A stretch of 64,000 nucleotides of DNA, taken from NCBI GenBank assembly GCA_945861715.1, contig CAMAVK010000001.1, positions 458,908 to 522,907 of the forward strand, given 5' to 3'. The translations under genes and the position numbers were made by a program. Shown piece by piece: positions 1 through 9,911 of the stretch; position 1 is the stretch's first letter, and every line of letters begins with the position of its first letter. This stretch comes from Candidatus Woesearchaeota archaeon (GTDB lineage: Archaea > Nanobdellota > Nanobdellia > Woesearchaeales > GW2011-AR9). A model generated the notes under the pieces. It did no database searches. It was not told where the DNA came from and saw only the letters and a program-made list of their open reading frames with translations.

Positions 1-340
1 GAGATGTCTCGTGATGATCAATCCAAGATATCCCTTTCTCACCTAGTTGACTAGTAATACGTTCTAAAAGGGCATATGGACTACCCCCCGCATTTGCGAG
101 AGTCCCATTTAACCCAATATCCGCAACATACAATCGTGGACTAGATGAACAAGGGTGACCAGAAGCAATATCACCCAGTCTCTTCTCTACTTTTTCAAAC
201 TCAGAGACCAATCTATCATAGCGTGCAAAAAAATGGTTACACGGATCTTCTTTAGTAATACCCAGTGCATGAATCAACAGCGCATGAGATATGATACCAT
301 CAGGATCTTCACAATGTGTAAGTATTAGAGATGTGTTCAT
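1..340 (-). CDS. DHH-family phosphoesterase (RecJ/NrnA-like). N-terminal part only; the 3' end lies outside the window.
   Basis: Minus-strand ORF starting at the ATG at 338-340 and running to the window edge. Translation begins MNTSLILTHCEDPDGIISHALL (DHH motif I-like) and reaches ...ISWIDHHE (DHH motif III). Confidence 0.5.
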   Translation of the reverse strand, partial: MNTSLILTHCEDPDGIISHALLIHALGITKEDPCNHFFARYDRLVSEFEKVEKRLGDIASGHPCSSSPRLYVADIGLNGTLANAGGSPYALLERITSQLGEKGISWIDHHETS

Positions 341-438
341 TTAAATTGATTATTTTAGTCTATATTTATAAATGTTAATTCGAGTAATTGGTTTCTTTAT
401 GATGTCTATAGTAAATCCCAATCAAAATCATACTGACA

Positions 439-555
439 TCAAATAAAATCAGAACCTACTAGAACTAATCCTACTTTTTGTAGCGCATGCGTCATAACCA
501 CTTGCGAAATAATCCCATCTGGATCTTCAGCATGCGTAATAATATTATATCCCAT
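439..555 (-). pseudogene. 38-aa remnant duplicating the N-terminal motif of the adjacent DHH phosphoesterase
   Basis: Minus-strand translation MGYNIITHAEDPDGIISQVVMTHALQKVGLVLVGSDFI then stop. It closely mirrors the N-terminus of the 1..340 gene (THCEDPDGIISHALLIHAL). No continuation in frame. Confidence 0.3.
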
Positions 556-1061
556 AATGACCAAAATAAAACTTCCTATAAAAATAGTTCTGCATATTCT
601 GAATACCTACCTCATAAAATAACATACTCAAACAATGTCACTTTATTCTCGACCAACATTGTTCGTCCAACTTGCAATGATGTTGCAATATCACACATTA
701 CCAACACAATTTCATCTAAAACTATTTGCTTCCCATGCGCACCAACCGAACAAAAGGAAACCTCTCCTACTACTCCATAATCAGCAACGCGAACACCAAC
801 TCTACTCTCCAGAAATGACTTACTTAGAATGCGATGAATTTCTTTTTCACCTTCATTAACATCAATGATTTCACCCGTTACCCTCTCAAAAGGAACATAC
901 AGCATATACATCGATTGTTGTGTAGCTATCAGCGGCAAATAAGCATCTACTTTCATACATCCTTTACTCTTATCAAAATCTTTATATCTTGCTTAGAACA
1001 ATACATCAAAATTATGGATTGTTGTTAATAAACAAACGTCCTTCCCACAATACCCTCTATT

Positions 1062-2162
1062 CTACTTCCCCCACAACCGTCGAACTGCATCATCAATTTC
1101 ATTGCCTGTTGATTTTTCACCAAGTGCCACTTTAAGAGTGCTCCCCTCTCCTATTGTATTACTATTCCCTCCCTTAGCATCACCAACTTTTTCCACAACT
1201 TTCTCTTCAACCTTCCTAGGCGTAGCGGGTGCAACATACTTCACATTCCACATCGCATCCTTAATTTTCCCACCCATCCCTGCTAGATCATATTTTGGCT
1301 GTTCTGGATTCCACACTAACCCTTGTAACCCATCCCCTTGTTTGCGTGCAATAATATGCATACACAAAAACCCATCCTTATTATCATCGGAATGACCAGA
1401 CTTCAAAATAAAATTTGTACCTTGTGGTTGCAAAACAGAAAACAGTACCGAAGAAACATATGCACAAATCGAAAAAAAGTGAATCGCTTGAGACGCACTC
1501 AACTTCTCAATAAATTTTTGTTCAATCTTAGAATATACTTCCACATGCCCCATACATATTCCTTTACCAACAGCACACACAATCAACTCCGAATCTTCAA
1601 ATAATACCAGCGACCCACGAACCCTATCCTCAACCCACGTAGAACGAGTACCCTTCTCAGGAAAAGCACCATCCCCCATACCAGCAAAATACTGTTTCAT
1701 TGCCGCAGGAAACACCCGCATCATTTGTTCTTGAACTGCAACCGTGAGTTCCACACGTGGCTTAAACAAAAAATTCAAAAATCCATCTCCTGGTTCGCGA
1801 GGAATAATATGAGTAACAAAATGGGGCATCTGTTGCCCTGCTGCACCGCCTGATGCAACAAATAAAGTAACTCCAGTCGATATGGTGGCACCCTTAATCG
1901 ATTTCACCATCTGAGGAATAAGACCATAAAACGGCGTAATCTCCTGGGGTTCATAATACATTAAAATTGGATAATGTTCTTTCGGAAAAAACAGAGTATG
2001 TCCCTTCGTAACAGGATAAACATCAAGAATCGCCTCAACCATCCGATCTTCAAATACGACTTGAGTTTGAATCTCGCGAGTTATAACTTTACAAAACACA
2101 CACTGCTTCTTCTGCTCAGCAAGTTGAGCCTTTTGTTCTGGTGAGAGTGCCATAGAATTCAA
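1062..2162 (-). CDS. Tandem HIT (histidine triad)-like domain protein
   Basis: The N-terminal half has a Hint-like CVFCKV...VVFEDRMVEAILDVYPVTKGHTLFFPKEHY followed by HFVTHIIPR. The second half repeats the pattern (LVLFED...ICAVGKGICMGHVEV...FLCMHIIARK). It starts on TTG with the first ATG 3 codons in, and ends on TAG. Confidence 0.5.
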   Translation of the reverse strand: MNSMALSPEQKAQLAEQKKQCVFCKVITREIQTQVVFEDRMVEAILDVYPVTKGHTLFFPKEHYPILMYYEPQEITPFYGLIPQMVKSIKGATISTGVTLFVASGGAAGQQMPHFVTHIIPREPGDGFLNFLFKPRVELTVAVQEQMMRVFPAAMKQYFAGMGDGAFPEKGTRSTWVEDRVRGSLVLFEDSELIVCAVGKGICMGHVEVYSKIEQKFIEKLSASQAIHFFSICAYVSSVLFSVLQPQGTNFILKSGHSDDNKDGFLCMHIIARKQGDGLQGLVWNPEQPKYDLAGMGGKIKDAMWNVKYVAPATPRKVEEKVVEKVGDAKGGNSNTIGEGSTLKVALGEKSTGNEIDDAVRRLWGK

Positions 2163-2256
2163 AACAGGACTGCAAATATAAGTTTTCCTAATCCTTGATG
2201 TCCTTTTTAACAGAACAATCTAATACAAAAAAACCAAATAACAAAAATAGAATAAT

Positions 2257-3183
2257 TTACTTCTTTTTATTCTTCTCAACATCCTTACCAAGTTTCAATT
2301 TTTTAATCAATTCTTTATATCGATTTCGAATAGTAACTTCAGTAACGCCTGCAACATCAGCAACTTCTCTTTGAGTTCGCTTCTCACCGTGAATAAGTGA
2401 GGCAACATACAAAGCCGCAGCTGCAATTCCAGTAGGTCCTCGACCTGATGTCAACTCAATATCTCGAGCCATCTCTAAAATTTCAACAGCCTTAGATTGA
2501 GTTTCAGCACTCAGTTTAAGCGCGGATGCAAATCGAGGAATATAATCTGCCGGATTACTAGGACGAATTGTTATTTCAAGTTCTCGAGTAACAAAACGGT
2601 ATGTTCGACCAATTTCTTTCTTCTCAATGCCAGACGCTTCACCCATCTCATCGAGTGTTCGTGGAATCTCATGACGTCGACATGCTGCATACAATGCTCC
2701 TGCAATAACTGACTCCATAGACCGACCACGAACTAATCCTTTCTGTACGGCAAGTCGATATATTCGAGCCGCTTCCTCTTCAACAGAACGCGGTAATCGT
2801 AAATAGGAACTCACTCTTTTCAACTCAGCTAAAGCAACCTTTAAGTTTCGCTCAATTGCCGTACTAATACGGATATTCCATTTTCGAAGTCGAAAGAACT
2901 TATCTCTTTCTTTATCCGAATCCAGTTTATAAAAATCGGACGCCGATCCTACTTCTGTTCCAAGGCCACGATCGAATTGCGTCTCAGATGTAGGTGCCCC
3001 AGTTCGTCGTCTGGCTCCTTCTCCACCATCATCATCAAAGTCCCGCCATTCTTGAGAAAAATCAACCATTCTATCTTCTAAAACAAGACCACAATCTCTA
3101 CAAGAGGTTTCACCTTTTTCAACATCCCGGTAGATATTTTTACTTGCACACTCCGGACATTCTTTAATGGTTTTGCGGATCAT
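2257..3183 (-). CDS. tfb: Transcription initiation factor IIB (archaeal TFB)
   Basis: N-terminal zinc ribbon CPECAS...CRDCGLV, then two cyclin-fold repeats with a TFB-typical C-terminus (GRGPTGIAAAALYVASLIHGEKRTQREVADVAGVTEVTIRNRYKEL). TAA stop. A GGGGAG Shine-Dalgarno-like motif sits upstream. Confidence 0.9.
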   Translation of the reverse strand: MIRKTIKECPECASKNIYRDVEKGETSCRDCGLVLEDRMVDFSQEWRDFDDDGGEGARRRTGAPTSETQFDRGLGTEVGSASDFYKLDSDKERDKFFRLRKWNIRISTAIERNLKVALAELKRVSSYLRLPRSVEEEAARIYRLAVQKGLVRGRSMESVIAGALYAACRRHEIPRTLDEMGEASGIEKKEIGRTYRFVTRELEITIRPSNPADYIPRFASALKLSAETQSKAVEILEMARDIELTSGRGPTGIAAAALYVASLIHGEKRTQREVADVAGVTEVTIRNRYKELIKKLKLGKDVEKNKKK

Positions 3184-3523
3184 ATTAATATGTCTCCCCT
3201 GTAGAACTGCATAGGTAAATGATAGTAACTTATTTTAATTGATTTATAAATATTTCGAAAAAATAATCCTATTGCTCTCAAGATATGCAAAAATTCCCCT
3301 TTATAACCCTACCCTTTGTATGTAACTATCACGGCCACCCATAATCTTTAATTTTCACCTATGATCACCTGATAATATCAAATAGATCTATCGGTTTCTA
3401 GCCTATATCACCATATGTACCTAAGTGTATAACTATATGTCTCATACGTATCCATAAATCAAAATAACGGGCCCCACTACCCAAAAAGAAACTTTTATAA
3501 ACCGTAATATTCTAACCTGCCTT

Positions 3524-3829
3524 ATGGAAAAGAGAGGTCAGCTTGCAGGTATAGAGTTTCATTATTTTATTATAGGTTTTTTTACAGGAATTGCAAGTGG
3601 TCTGCTCCTTGTTTACCTTGGAACAGCCAAAATTATTGGTTTCCAAGTTCCTGTTGTATGTGGATTCTTTAAGAATAAAAAAGCACAATTAGTTGCAATT
3701 GAATTTCATTTTGCGCTTGCTGGATTTGTGGTAGGTATAATCGGTGCTTTGATTCTAGTGTATTTAGGACAAAATGGCATCATACCTTTCCAAATACCTG
3801 TGTGCGGCATCCCAAGCCCAGCAAAATAA
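3524..3829 (+). CDS. Small membrane protein built from an internal tandem duplication (2 x ~45 aa)
   Basis: QLAGIEFHYFIIGFFTGIASGLLLVYLGTAKIIGFQVPVVCGFF is repeated as QLVAIEFHFALAGFVVGIIGALILVYLGQNGIIPFQIPVCG. Each copy has a hydrophobic TM-like core. Confidence 0.4.
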   Translation: MEKRGQLAGIEFHYFIIGFFTGIASGLLLVYLGTAKIIGFQVPVVCGFFKNKKAQLVAIEFHFALAGFVVGIIGALILVYLGQNGIIPFQIPVCGIPSPAK

Positions 3830-4027
3830 TTTTTAAATATAATTTTTTTCATTTATCATCGCCTCCTAAATCATACTTTTATTTACCTAGTCTACTGCTT
3901 TTTCCAAGGGATACTTCTCTTTTCATGTGCATATGCTCCTGTTGTATATCTACCAGTATAGAAAACATTATAAGGCACATCCCACGCAAAAAACAAAAAA
4001 CCTGAGTAAACAAAAAGAGGCGTTAAA

Positions 4028-4537
4028 ATGGATGTTGAAAGAATTCAAAAAATAAATACTCTAGCACTTGATCTTCTAAAACAAGGCTTAGCTGGTGACC
4101 GAGAAGAAGCAGTCATCATGGCTGAAAAAATATTTCGAAACCGAGATGGTTCAAACAGTGAGATTCGTGAGACCATGGGTGAAGTGCAACGTCATCAAAA
4201 TGCTCAAAGTGGTGGATCATCTTCAGAACGAGAAATGTCCCAAGACAATATTCGTCAAATTCTAGAACAAAATACAAAATTCATCGTAGCAAAGTTCAAA
4301 GAAATTCAAGAGAAAATGACCGCAATGGAACATGAAATTGCTTCTCTAAAAGGTGGACGCTCTCAATCTCCAACCACAAATCATTCTAAATTGCTGCCAA
4401 GCGATCCGCAATTACGAGGTTCAGCAAGTGCCCCACAAAGTCAGGGATCTGCAAGCTCGCCAAGTCACCCACGCTCAGGCGGATACAACGCATCAGACGT
4501 ATCAATTGAGAAATTCTTTTACATGGGCTCAAAGTAA
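4028..4537 (+). CDS. Hypothetical protein with a coiled-coil N-terminus and a low-complexity S/Q-rich C-terminus
   Basis: ORF with ATG start and a purine-rich upstream region (gagg). No recognisable catalytic motif. Confidence 0.35.
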   Translation: MDVERIQKINTLALDLLKQGLAGDREEAVIMAEKIFRNRDGSNSEIRETMGEVQRHQNAQSGGSSSEREMSQDNIRQILEQNTKFIVAKFKEIQEKMTAMEHEIASLKGGRSQSPTTNHSKLLPSDPQLRGSASAPQSQGSASSPSHPRSGGYNASDVSIEKFFYMGSK

Positions 4538-4682
4538 GTCAGTTAATTTTTTTCTTTTTTTCTATCCCCACCTAGTGGCTAATAGTCGTGAATTACCTCT
4601 TTTTTACTGAACATTTATATAATCCACACTACAAAACCTTAAAAACAAAGTAACTACTTTAAAATAAAAACTATCGGTTGGG

Positions 4683-6179
4683 GTGGGTAACATTAAATCA
4701 ACAATTTTCATCGGATTAATTATCTTATTATCTTTGGTAGGTGCGTCGCAAGTAAACGCAGCTCTCGAAATCTTAGAACAAAACGTAACTTTAGACGTTG
4801 ACTATGGCGACTTCATAAACGAAGATCAACTCACTATACGTGAAAGTTTTTCTTTTACGGTAAGAAATTCAAACAATGATGCAGCATCATTAAAATTTAC
4901 ATTCGATAGTTTACCTTCTGGCTATAACGCCTCAACAATAAATACCATCAATTTAAGTGCAGGTGAAGAACGTTCAATAACTGGTTCAATTGAAGTACCA
5001 CACACCCGCGCAACCGGTCGTTCAAATATTGGTTCTTTAGTATTACGAGATCTCAATAACGCTGAGTTAGATCGCTTAACTATTGACCAAACGACCAAAA
5101 GCATGCTTTTCATTGATAGACTAGAAGTTGATTATACTGACGTAGACGGAAACTCACAGTCCGACCGGTTTGATGCAGCTGATCAAACGCTCAATCTTGA
5201 CGAAAATGTTCGTCCCGGAAGTGAAATTACTATTACTATAACCTACAAAAATCAATTTGATCGTGATTACGATAGCGATAAATCTGTTATTGAAGATATT
5301 ACTCTTGATATAGAAGCAAGTGATAGCGACTTATTTGATGACAGTATAGATGACAATGTCGATCTTTCTGATCTGGATGCAAATGACAAAGAAGAGTATC
5401 AAATTCAAGTTAAAATCTCTGACACCATTGACGCTGATAGTTATGATGTCGAATTCACCTTAGAAGGAACTGATGGAGAAAATTTTGACCATAATGATCA
5501 AAAGACCTTAAAAATTGATGTTGAACGTCTAAGAAATGATGTTCGAGTTACCAATAGCGAAATTACCGGGCCCGTTGATAGCTGTGTCCAAAGTTTATTC
5601 TTTGATATCAGTATACAGAATTTTGGAACAAGAGATCAAAAGTATGTTGCCTTTGCTCTAACCAACACGGAGATGGGCATAAATTATAAAGTCAATGATC
5701 TCCTGCTAGAGAAATTCGATGATGACGACACATATTCCAATCATGTTGAAATTCCTCTAACTAAGACCTTGAAGGAAGGGTCACAATCAATCGATCTCAA
5801 AGTGTTCACTGATCGCGATAATCTCATTGACCAAAAAAGAATTCCACTACAAGTAACAAAGTGTACAACGGCTTCAAATACTCCTGTGCAGACAACCACC
5901 TCAACGGGTTCCAGCACGAGTGTCAGCTCTGGAAATGGAACAACTGCTGGTACAACAAGCACTAAAAACGCAACCGCAGCTCAAACTGGGGCCGGATCAC
6001 AAACAACGACTCCTTCCACATCAGATACCACTACCTCCTCTGTCCCGGTGGGAGCAAGTGTCATACAAACAGTCGAAGAACCCTACAGCACAGATGATTT
6101 CTTTGTAGGTGGCTTAATTGTTGCAATAATTGTGGTTGTGGCATTAATAGTCGTATTTTTCATACTGCTCCTTCGATAA
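4683..6179 (+). CDS. Secreted, very acidic (D/E-rich) surface protein with an S/T-rich stalk and a C-terminal TM anchor
   Basis: GTG start. Signal peptide IFIGLIILLSLVGASQVNA. Long D-rich tracts (DSDLFDDSIDDNVDLSDLDANDKEE). S/T-rich linker (TTTSTGSSTSVSSGNGTTAGTTST...). C-terminal GGLIVAIIVVVALIVVFFILLLR. Confidence 0.6.
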   Translation: MGNIKSTIFIGLIILLSLVGASQVNAALEILEQNVTLDVDYGDFINEDQLTIRESFSFTVRNSNNDAASLKFTFDSLPSGYNASTINTINLSAGEERSITGSIEVPHTRATGRSNIGSLVLRDLNNAELDRLTIDQTTKSMLFIDRLEVDYTDVDGNSQSDRFDAADQTLNLDENVRPGSEITITITYKNQFDRDYDSDKSVIEDITLDIEASDSDLFDDSIDDNVDLSDLDANDKEEYQIQVKISDTIDADSYDVEFTLEGTDGENFDHNDQKTLKIDVERLRNDVRVTNSEITGPVDSCVQSLFFDISIQNFGTRDQKYVAFALTNTEMGINYKVNDLLLEKFDDDDTYSNHVEIPLTKTLKEGSQSIDLKVFTDRDNLIDQKRIPLQVTKCTTASNTPVQTTTSTGSSTSVSSGNGTTAGTTSTKNATAAQTGAGSQTTTPSTSDTTTSSVPVGASVIQTVEEPYSTDDFFVGGLIVAIIVVVALIVVFFILLLR

Positions 6180-6217
6180 ACGCAGCATTAAAAAGCAAAA
6201 TCTATGAGGTAAATCCC

Positions 6218-9178
6218 ATGAAACATCAACTTTCCTTTATTTTCATTCTATTATGTCTTGTTTGTACTTCTGTGTATGCAGAAGTCCCTACAATTACTCC
6301 TTTTGAAAATATCTACTTTATTCAAGGTATGAGCAACACCTATCAAGTAGAAGTAGATGGTCATGGTGATCAATTAATTTACCGATTAGTTGGTGCTCCA
6401 AATGGAATGACAATTAACAACAACGGCATTATCAGCTACACTGCTAACCTTGATGATCAATTCTATTTAATAGTCGACCTCACAGTAGAAAACCAAAATC
6501 AAGAACAATCAACATTACGCTTTGTTGTAACAACGAGGTCAGCTCTCCAAATAAATAATGTCATGATTGGAACATCAGACGACGATCTTCGCCAGCTAAA
6601 TAATGGTGGCTCTAGCATTCCTTTTCATCCTGGTGAAGAGGTCTATCTTACGTTTCAATTGGATAATGCCTACACCTTAGTAAATAACCCCTATCTCGAA
6701 CACGACATTTCACCAACCATTGAATCAATTGAGTACACGCTTAGCGAACAGGTAGGGATTTCATTTTTCAATGACCATGTGAGTGTGAATCAACCAATAA
6801 GAGCCCAAGGCATGCAGCAATACATCGTAAAAGGTCGACTACCTGTTGACCTTCAACTCGGAAATTATAATATTGAACTCACTGCAACAGGGTTTGATCA
6901 AGATGTACCTGCAAACGAACAAAGGGACACATTTACATTCAGTCTCCCCATCAGACGAAATCCACACGCACTAATGCTCACACCAACAACACCAAACGAA
7001 GTACTCGATAGAGTATTAACTTGCGATGAAACTTCCCAAATAGCAATCCCAGTTACATTTGCAAATACTGGTCAAGTCGATGAATTCGTCGTTGTAACAA
7101 TTGAAGACCATCATGGCAATTTCCTTGGTGATCTGCAATACCCTATAGCTGTAGGTGATGAGACGACGCAGACTGTGGATGTATTCCTCCCACGAGAAGA
7201 TGACAACAGCGTAACTGTGTATATAGCGCGGATACAAGACCAACAGACTATTATGGATAAATACGCCTTCAGTTATAGTTCAAGCGCGTGCTCGTCATTA
7301 AGTGTTGATGGTTCAAGCCCTAACTCCAATGACCTTACCCTACGAACCGGCTCTAATCAAGGCTTTGAACTTCTTATATCCAACCCCAGCAACACACCTT
7401 ATCAAGTACAATGGCGCTACAATAATCAACTCGTAAGCAATGGCAACACTTTCAATCTTCAAAATGTTCAAACGGGAATTCATACCCTTACTGTAAATGT
7501 AATTCAAGAGGATAGTATTGTATACCAAAAAACGTGGGATATCACTGCATCCAATCTACCACTTGGCTTCGATGCATTCACTGGTCCAGCAACAACCAAC
7601 CCTGCCAATATTATCAACATTCATTCAACTCCTCTAACACTCGAAAATAACTTTGGAAAAATAGTCTTCGATGCCAACCTTGATTTAAGTAACATAGAAG
7701 ATCTCTCAAGAGTCATTTCAATTACAAGTGGAAAAGTAGCAATTGATACTATTACAGCACCTGCATTAAATCGTCCAGCTACCATCACATTGTACCGGTC
7801 CTACGCAGATCCAAAAATAATGGTACAACCTGGTTTCAACAACGGGCAACTGAGCATCTGTAATGTATGTGTCATAACTTCAAATCAAGTAAATGCACTT
7901 ACATTCCACGTTCCGAATTTCTCAACATATGTTGGGGTTGAAAACAGCGGTATCGAATTAACAATTAATGAAATTGTAGCAACCAATATCATGCCAGGTA
8001 CTTCAGGTAATACCACTATCACCATCATAAACACTGGCGCTCAAGATCTAACCAACATACGCACGACTCTTCAAAATATAAACGCTAAATACCAAGCTAG
8101 AATAATCCAACAGCCACCTGCCGTGCTACATTCAGGCGAACAAGCAACACTCACACTAAGTCTCTTCATCCCTCTAGACGAGTCAGATGCAATACATACC
8201 ATTGGTACACTTCAGTTCACTTCAACGGAATTAAGTGCATCACAGCTAATTCAAGTTGACCCCACAAGTTATATCGAAATACAAAGTATCAAAGTCAATA
8301 GCAAAAGCAATGGTGATCTCGAATTAAATTCAAACCAGATCGAGTTCAAGGTAAAGAACAATTATCCTGAAGACATGGACGACGTAACAGTTACAGTTCG
8401 CATTCTTGATGTTAATGGTGATGACCTTGAAGAAGAAGTTGACAGTTTCAAATTGAGAACTGGAGATGACAAAAAAGTCACTGTTGACTTCGACCTCTCA
8501 GGCGAAACACTTGATGAAGATAGCTATACCATTGAGATAGAAATCGAAGCCGAAGCAGATGATAACTCCAACCATGATGCCGCAACAGACTTCACTGCTG
8601 ATGTTGACCGTGATCGTCATAACGTTGTATTCACCAGAACAGATCTCTCCATATCAAAATTATCTTGTGAGATGCAAACGGCATTGTATGTTACTATTGA
8701 AAATAAAGGAGAAAGCGACGAAGATGATCTTGAAATAAGAGTTTCAAACACCAACCTTAACATCGCCGAATCAAAGCGTTCCATTGATGTAGATGATTAC
8801 AGTGGTCCAGATCAAGAATATTCCGCCATATTCCCACTTGATCTAACAGGTAAAAATATCGGTACTTACCCCATCAAAGTGGAGTTGCTTCGCGACGGGG
8901 AAGTTGACGAAACACAATCTGTAACTCTTGAGATTACCACCTGTAGCAGCGGCACAACTAAAGCTGGCAGCATAACTGTGCTTGGTGATTCCAACCGTGG
9001 TGACGCGCTGCGAAATCAACTGGATCAAGCCCTCATTCAACACCAAGGAGGATCAAATTCACAAGTGACTGCATCATTTAGAGACTCAAATGTGTACACT
9101 TTGTTCCTTGGCGGACTTGTTTTGTTTGTACTCATCGCCGTGATGTTAGGGATTGCTGTTGCAATAAAACGTAAATAG
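6218..9178 (+). CDS. Large secreted surface protein (986 aa) with a C-terminal TM anchor and short basic tail
   Basis: Signal peptide LSFIFILLCLVCTSVYA. Multiple beta-rich repeat modules. C-terminal LFLGGLVLFVLIAVMLGIAVAIKRK. Confidence 0.6.
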   Translation: MKHQLSFIFILLCLVCTSVYAEVPTITPFENIYFIQGMSNTYQVEVDGHGDQLIYRLVGAPNGMTINNNGIISYTANLDDQFYLIVDLTVENQNQEQSTLRFVVTTRSALQINNVMIGTSDDDLRQLNNGGSSIPFHPGEEVYLTFQLDNAYTLVNNPYLEHDISPTIESIEYTLSEQVGISFFNDHVSVNQPIRAQGMQQYIVKGRLPVDLQLGNYNIELTATGFDQDVPANEQRDTFTFSLPIRRNPHALMLTPTTPNEVLDRVLTCDETSQIAIPVTFANTGQVDEFVVVTIEDHHGNFLGDLQYPIAVGDETTQTVDVFLPREDDNSVTVYIARIQDQQTIMDKYAFSYSSSACSSLSVDGSSPNSNDLTLRTGSNQGFELLISNPSNTPYQVQWRYNNQLVSNGNTFNLQNVQTGIHTLTVNVIQEDSIVYQKTWDITASNLPLGFDAFTGPATTNPANIINIHSTPLTLENNFGKIVFDANLDLSNIEDLSRVISITSGKVAIDTITAPALNRPATITLYRSYADPKIMVQPGFNNGQLSICNVCVITSNQVNALTFHVPNFSTYVGVENSGIELTINEIVATNIMPGTSGNTTITIINTGAQDLTNIRTTLQNINAKYQARIIQQPPAVLHSGEQATLTLSLFIPLDESDAIHTIGTLQFTSTELSASQLIQVDPTSYIEIQSIKVNSKSNGDLELNSNQIEFKVKNNYPEDMDDVTVTVRILDVNGDDLEEEVDSFKLRTGDDKKVTVDFDLSGETLDEDSYTIEIEIEAEADDNSNHDAATDFTADVDRDRHNVVFTRTDLSISKLSCEMQTALYVTIENKGESDEDDLEIRVSNTNLNIAESKRSIDVDDYSGPDQEYSAIFPLDLTGKNIGTYPIKVELLRDGEVDETQSVTLEITTCSSGTTKAGSITVLGDSNRGDALRNQLDQALIQHQGGSNSQVTASFRDSNVYTLFLGGLVLFVLIAVMLGIAVAIKRK

Positions 9179-9189
9179 TTTTTATCTTT

Positions 9190-9870
9190 TTATTTTTTTA
9201 ACTTTTCTTTCGCCAACGTCACTTTAAAAGCATCCATTCTCTTCCACATCAAATCCATCTTTGTATTTACAAGTGCGGTGAGCCAAGAAACATCACCAGA
9301 AAAAACACAAATCCCATCTACATATAATGGCATCTCAATTATGTCCCCTCCCTTTATCTCAACAATTATCTTATTGCTCGCAGACAAGATAGCACTCCGC
9401 TTATAGTGTTCGCGACAACACAGCAACAACCAATTTGCAGTTTCAATGGTATCGCAGCAAACATGAAAAATAGAAGATTCAAATCGAATCCACACTACTC
9501 CTTTTTCTTTCACCTGTAAATCCAATCCAAAAAACGACTCTGAGATAGGATCATGACTCATCGTAACCCATTCTGTTTCATTCTTTTTCCCAGAACCTCG
9601 CCAAAGATAGACCCTCCCAGAACATGACGAAGTAGAGAACATTGATTCATACGAATTAATTGTCTCAAGAAGAGGGATAGCACGCACATCAATCCCGCCT
9701 TTCTTACTTTTGTCTATCTTAGACAAAAAGGTCTTTTTCTCATTTGCAAAGGCTTTAACAGAATGTGTTTTCATGCTGAGTTTATTTTTAACATTAGCAT
9801 CCTTCTGCATGGTTGCTTGTGGTGCATTCTTTTTGGGCATCGGATTTTGTTGTTGTTCTGTACTCTTCAT
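9190..9870 (-). CDS. taw3: tRNA wyosine-derivative methyltransferase Taw3 (TYW3 family)
   Basis: KSKKGGIDVRAIPLLETINSYESMFSTSSCSGRVYL carries the TYW3 SCSGR signature. The size beyond a K-rich N-terminal extension is appropriate. TAA stop. Confidence 0.55.
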   Translation of the reverse strand: MKSTEQQQNPMPKKNAPQATMQKDANVKNKLSMKTHSVKAFANEKKTFLSKIDKSKKGGIDVRAIPLLETINSYESMFSTSSCSGRVYLWRGSGKKNETEWVTMSHDPISESFFGLDLQVKEKGVVWIRFESSIFHVCCDTIETANWLLLCCREHYKRSAILSASNKIIVEIKGGDIIEMPLYVDGICVFSGDVSWLTALVNTKMDLMWKRMDAFKVTLAKEKLKK

Positions 9871-9911
9871 TCACTTACCTCGCAAAAATGTTATTTACAA
9901 AAGAATATATC

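Noticed and set aside
487-1028. Track ORFs 487..780, 612..956, 635..859 and 834..1028 taken as real genes.
   Set aside because: They overlap one another in different frames and on both strands, lack motifs, and lie in a region that looks like a decayed duplication.
9190-9870. The first 60 K-rich residues of the Taw3-like ORF as a separate gene.
   Set aside because: They are in frame with and contiguous to the TYW3 core. They more likely form an N-terminal extension, or the true start is an internal Met.
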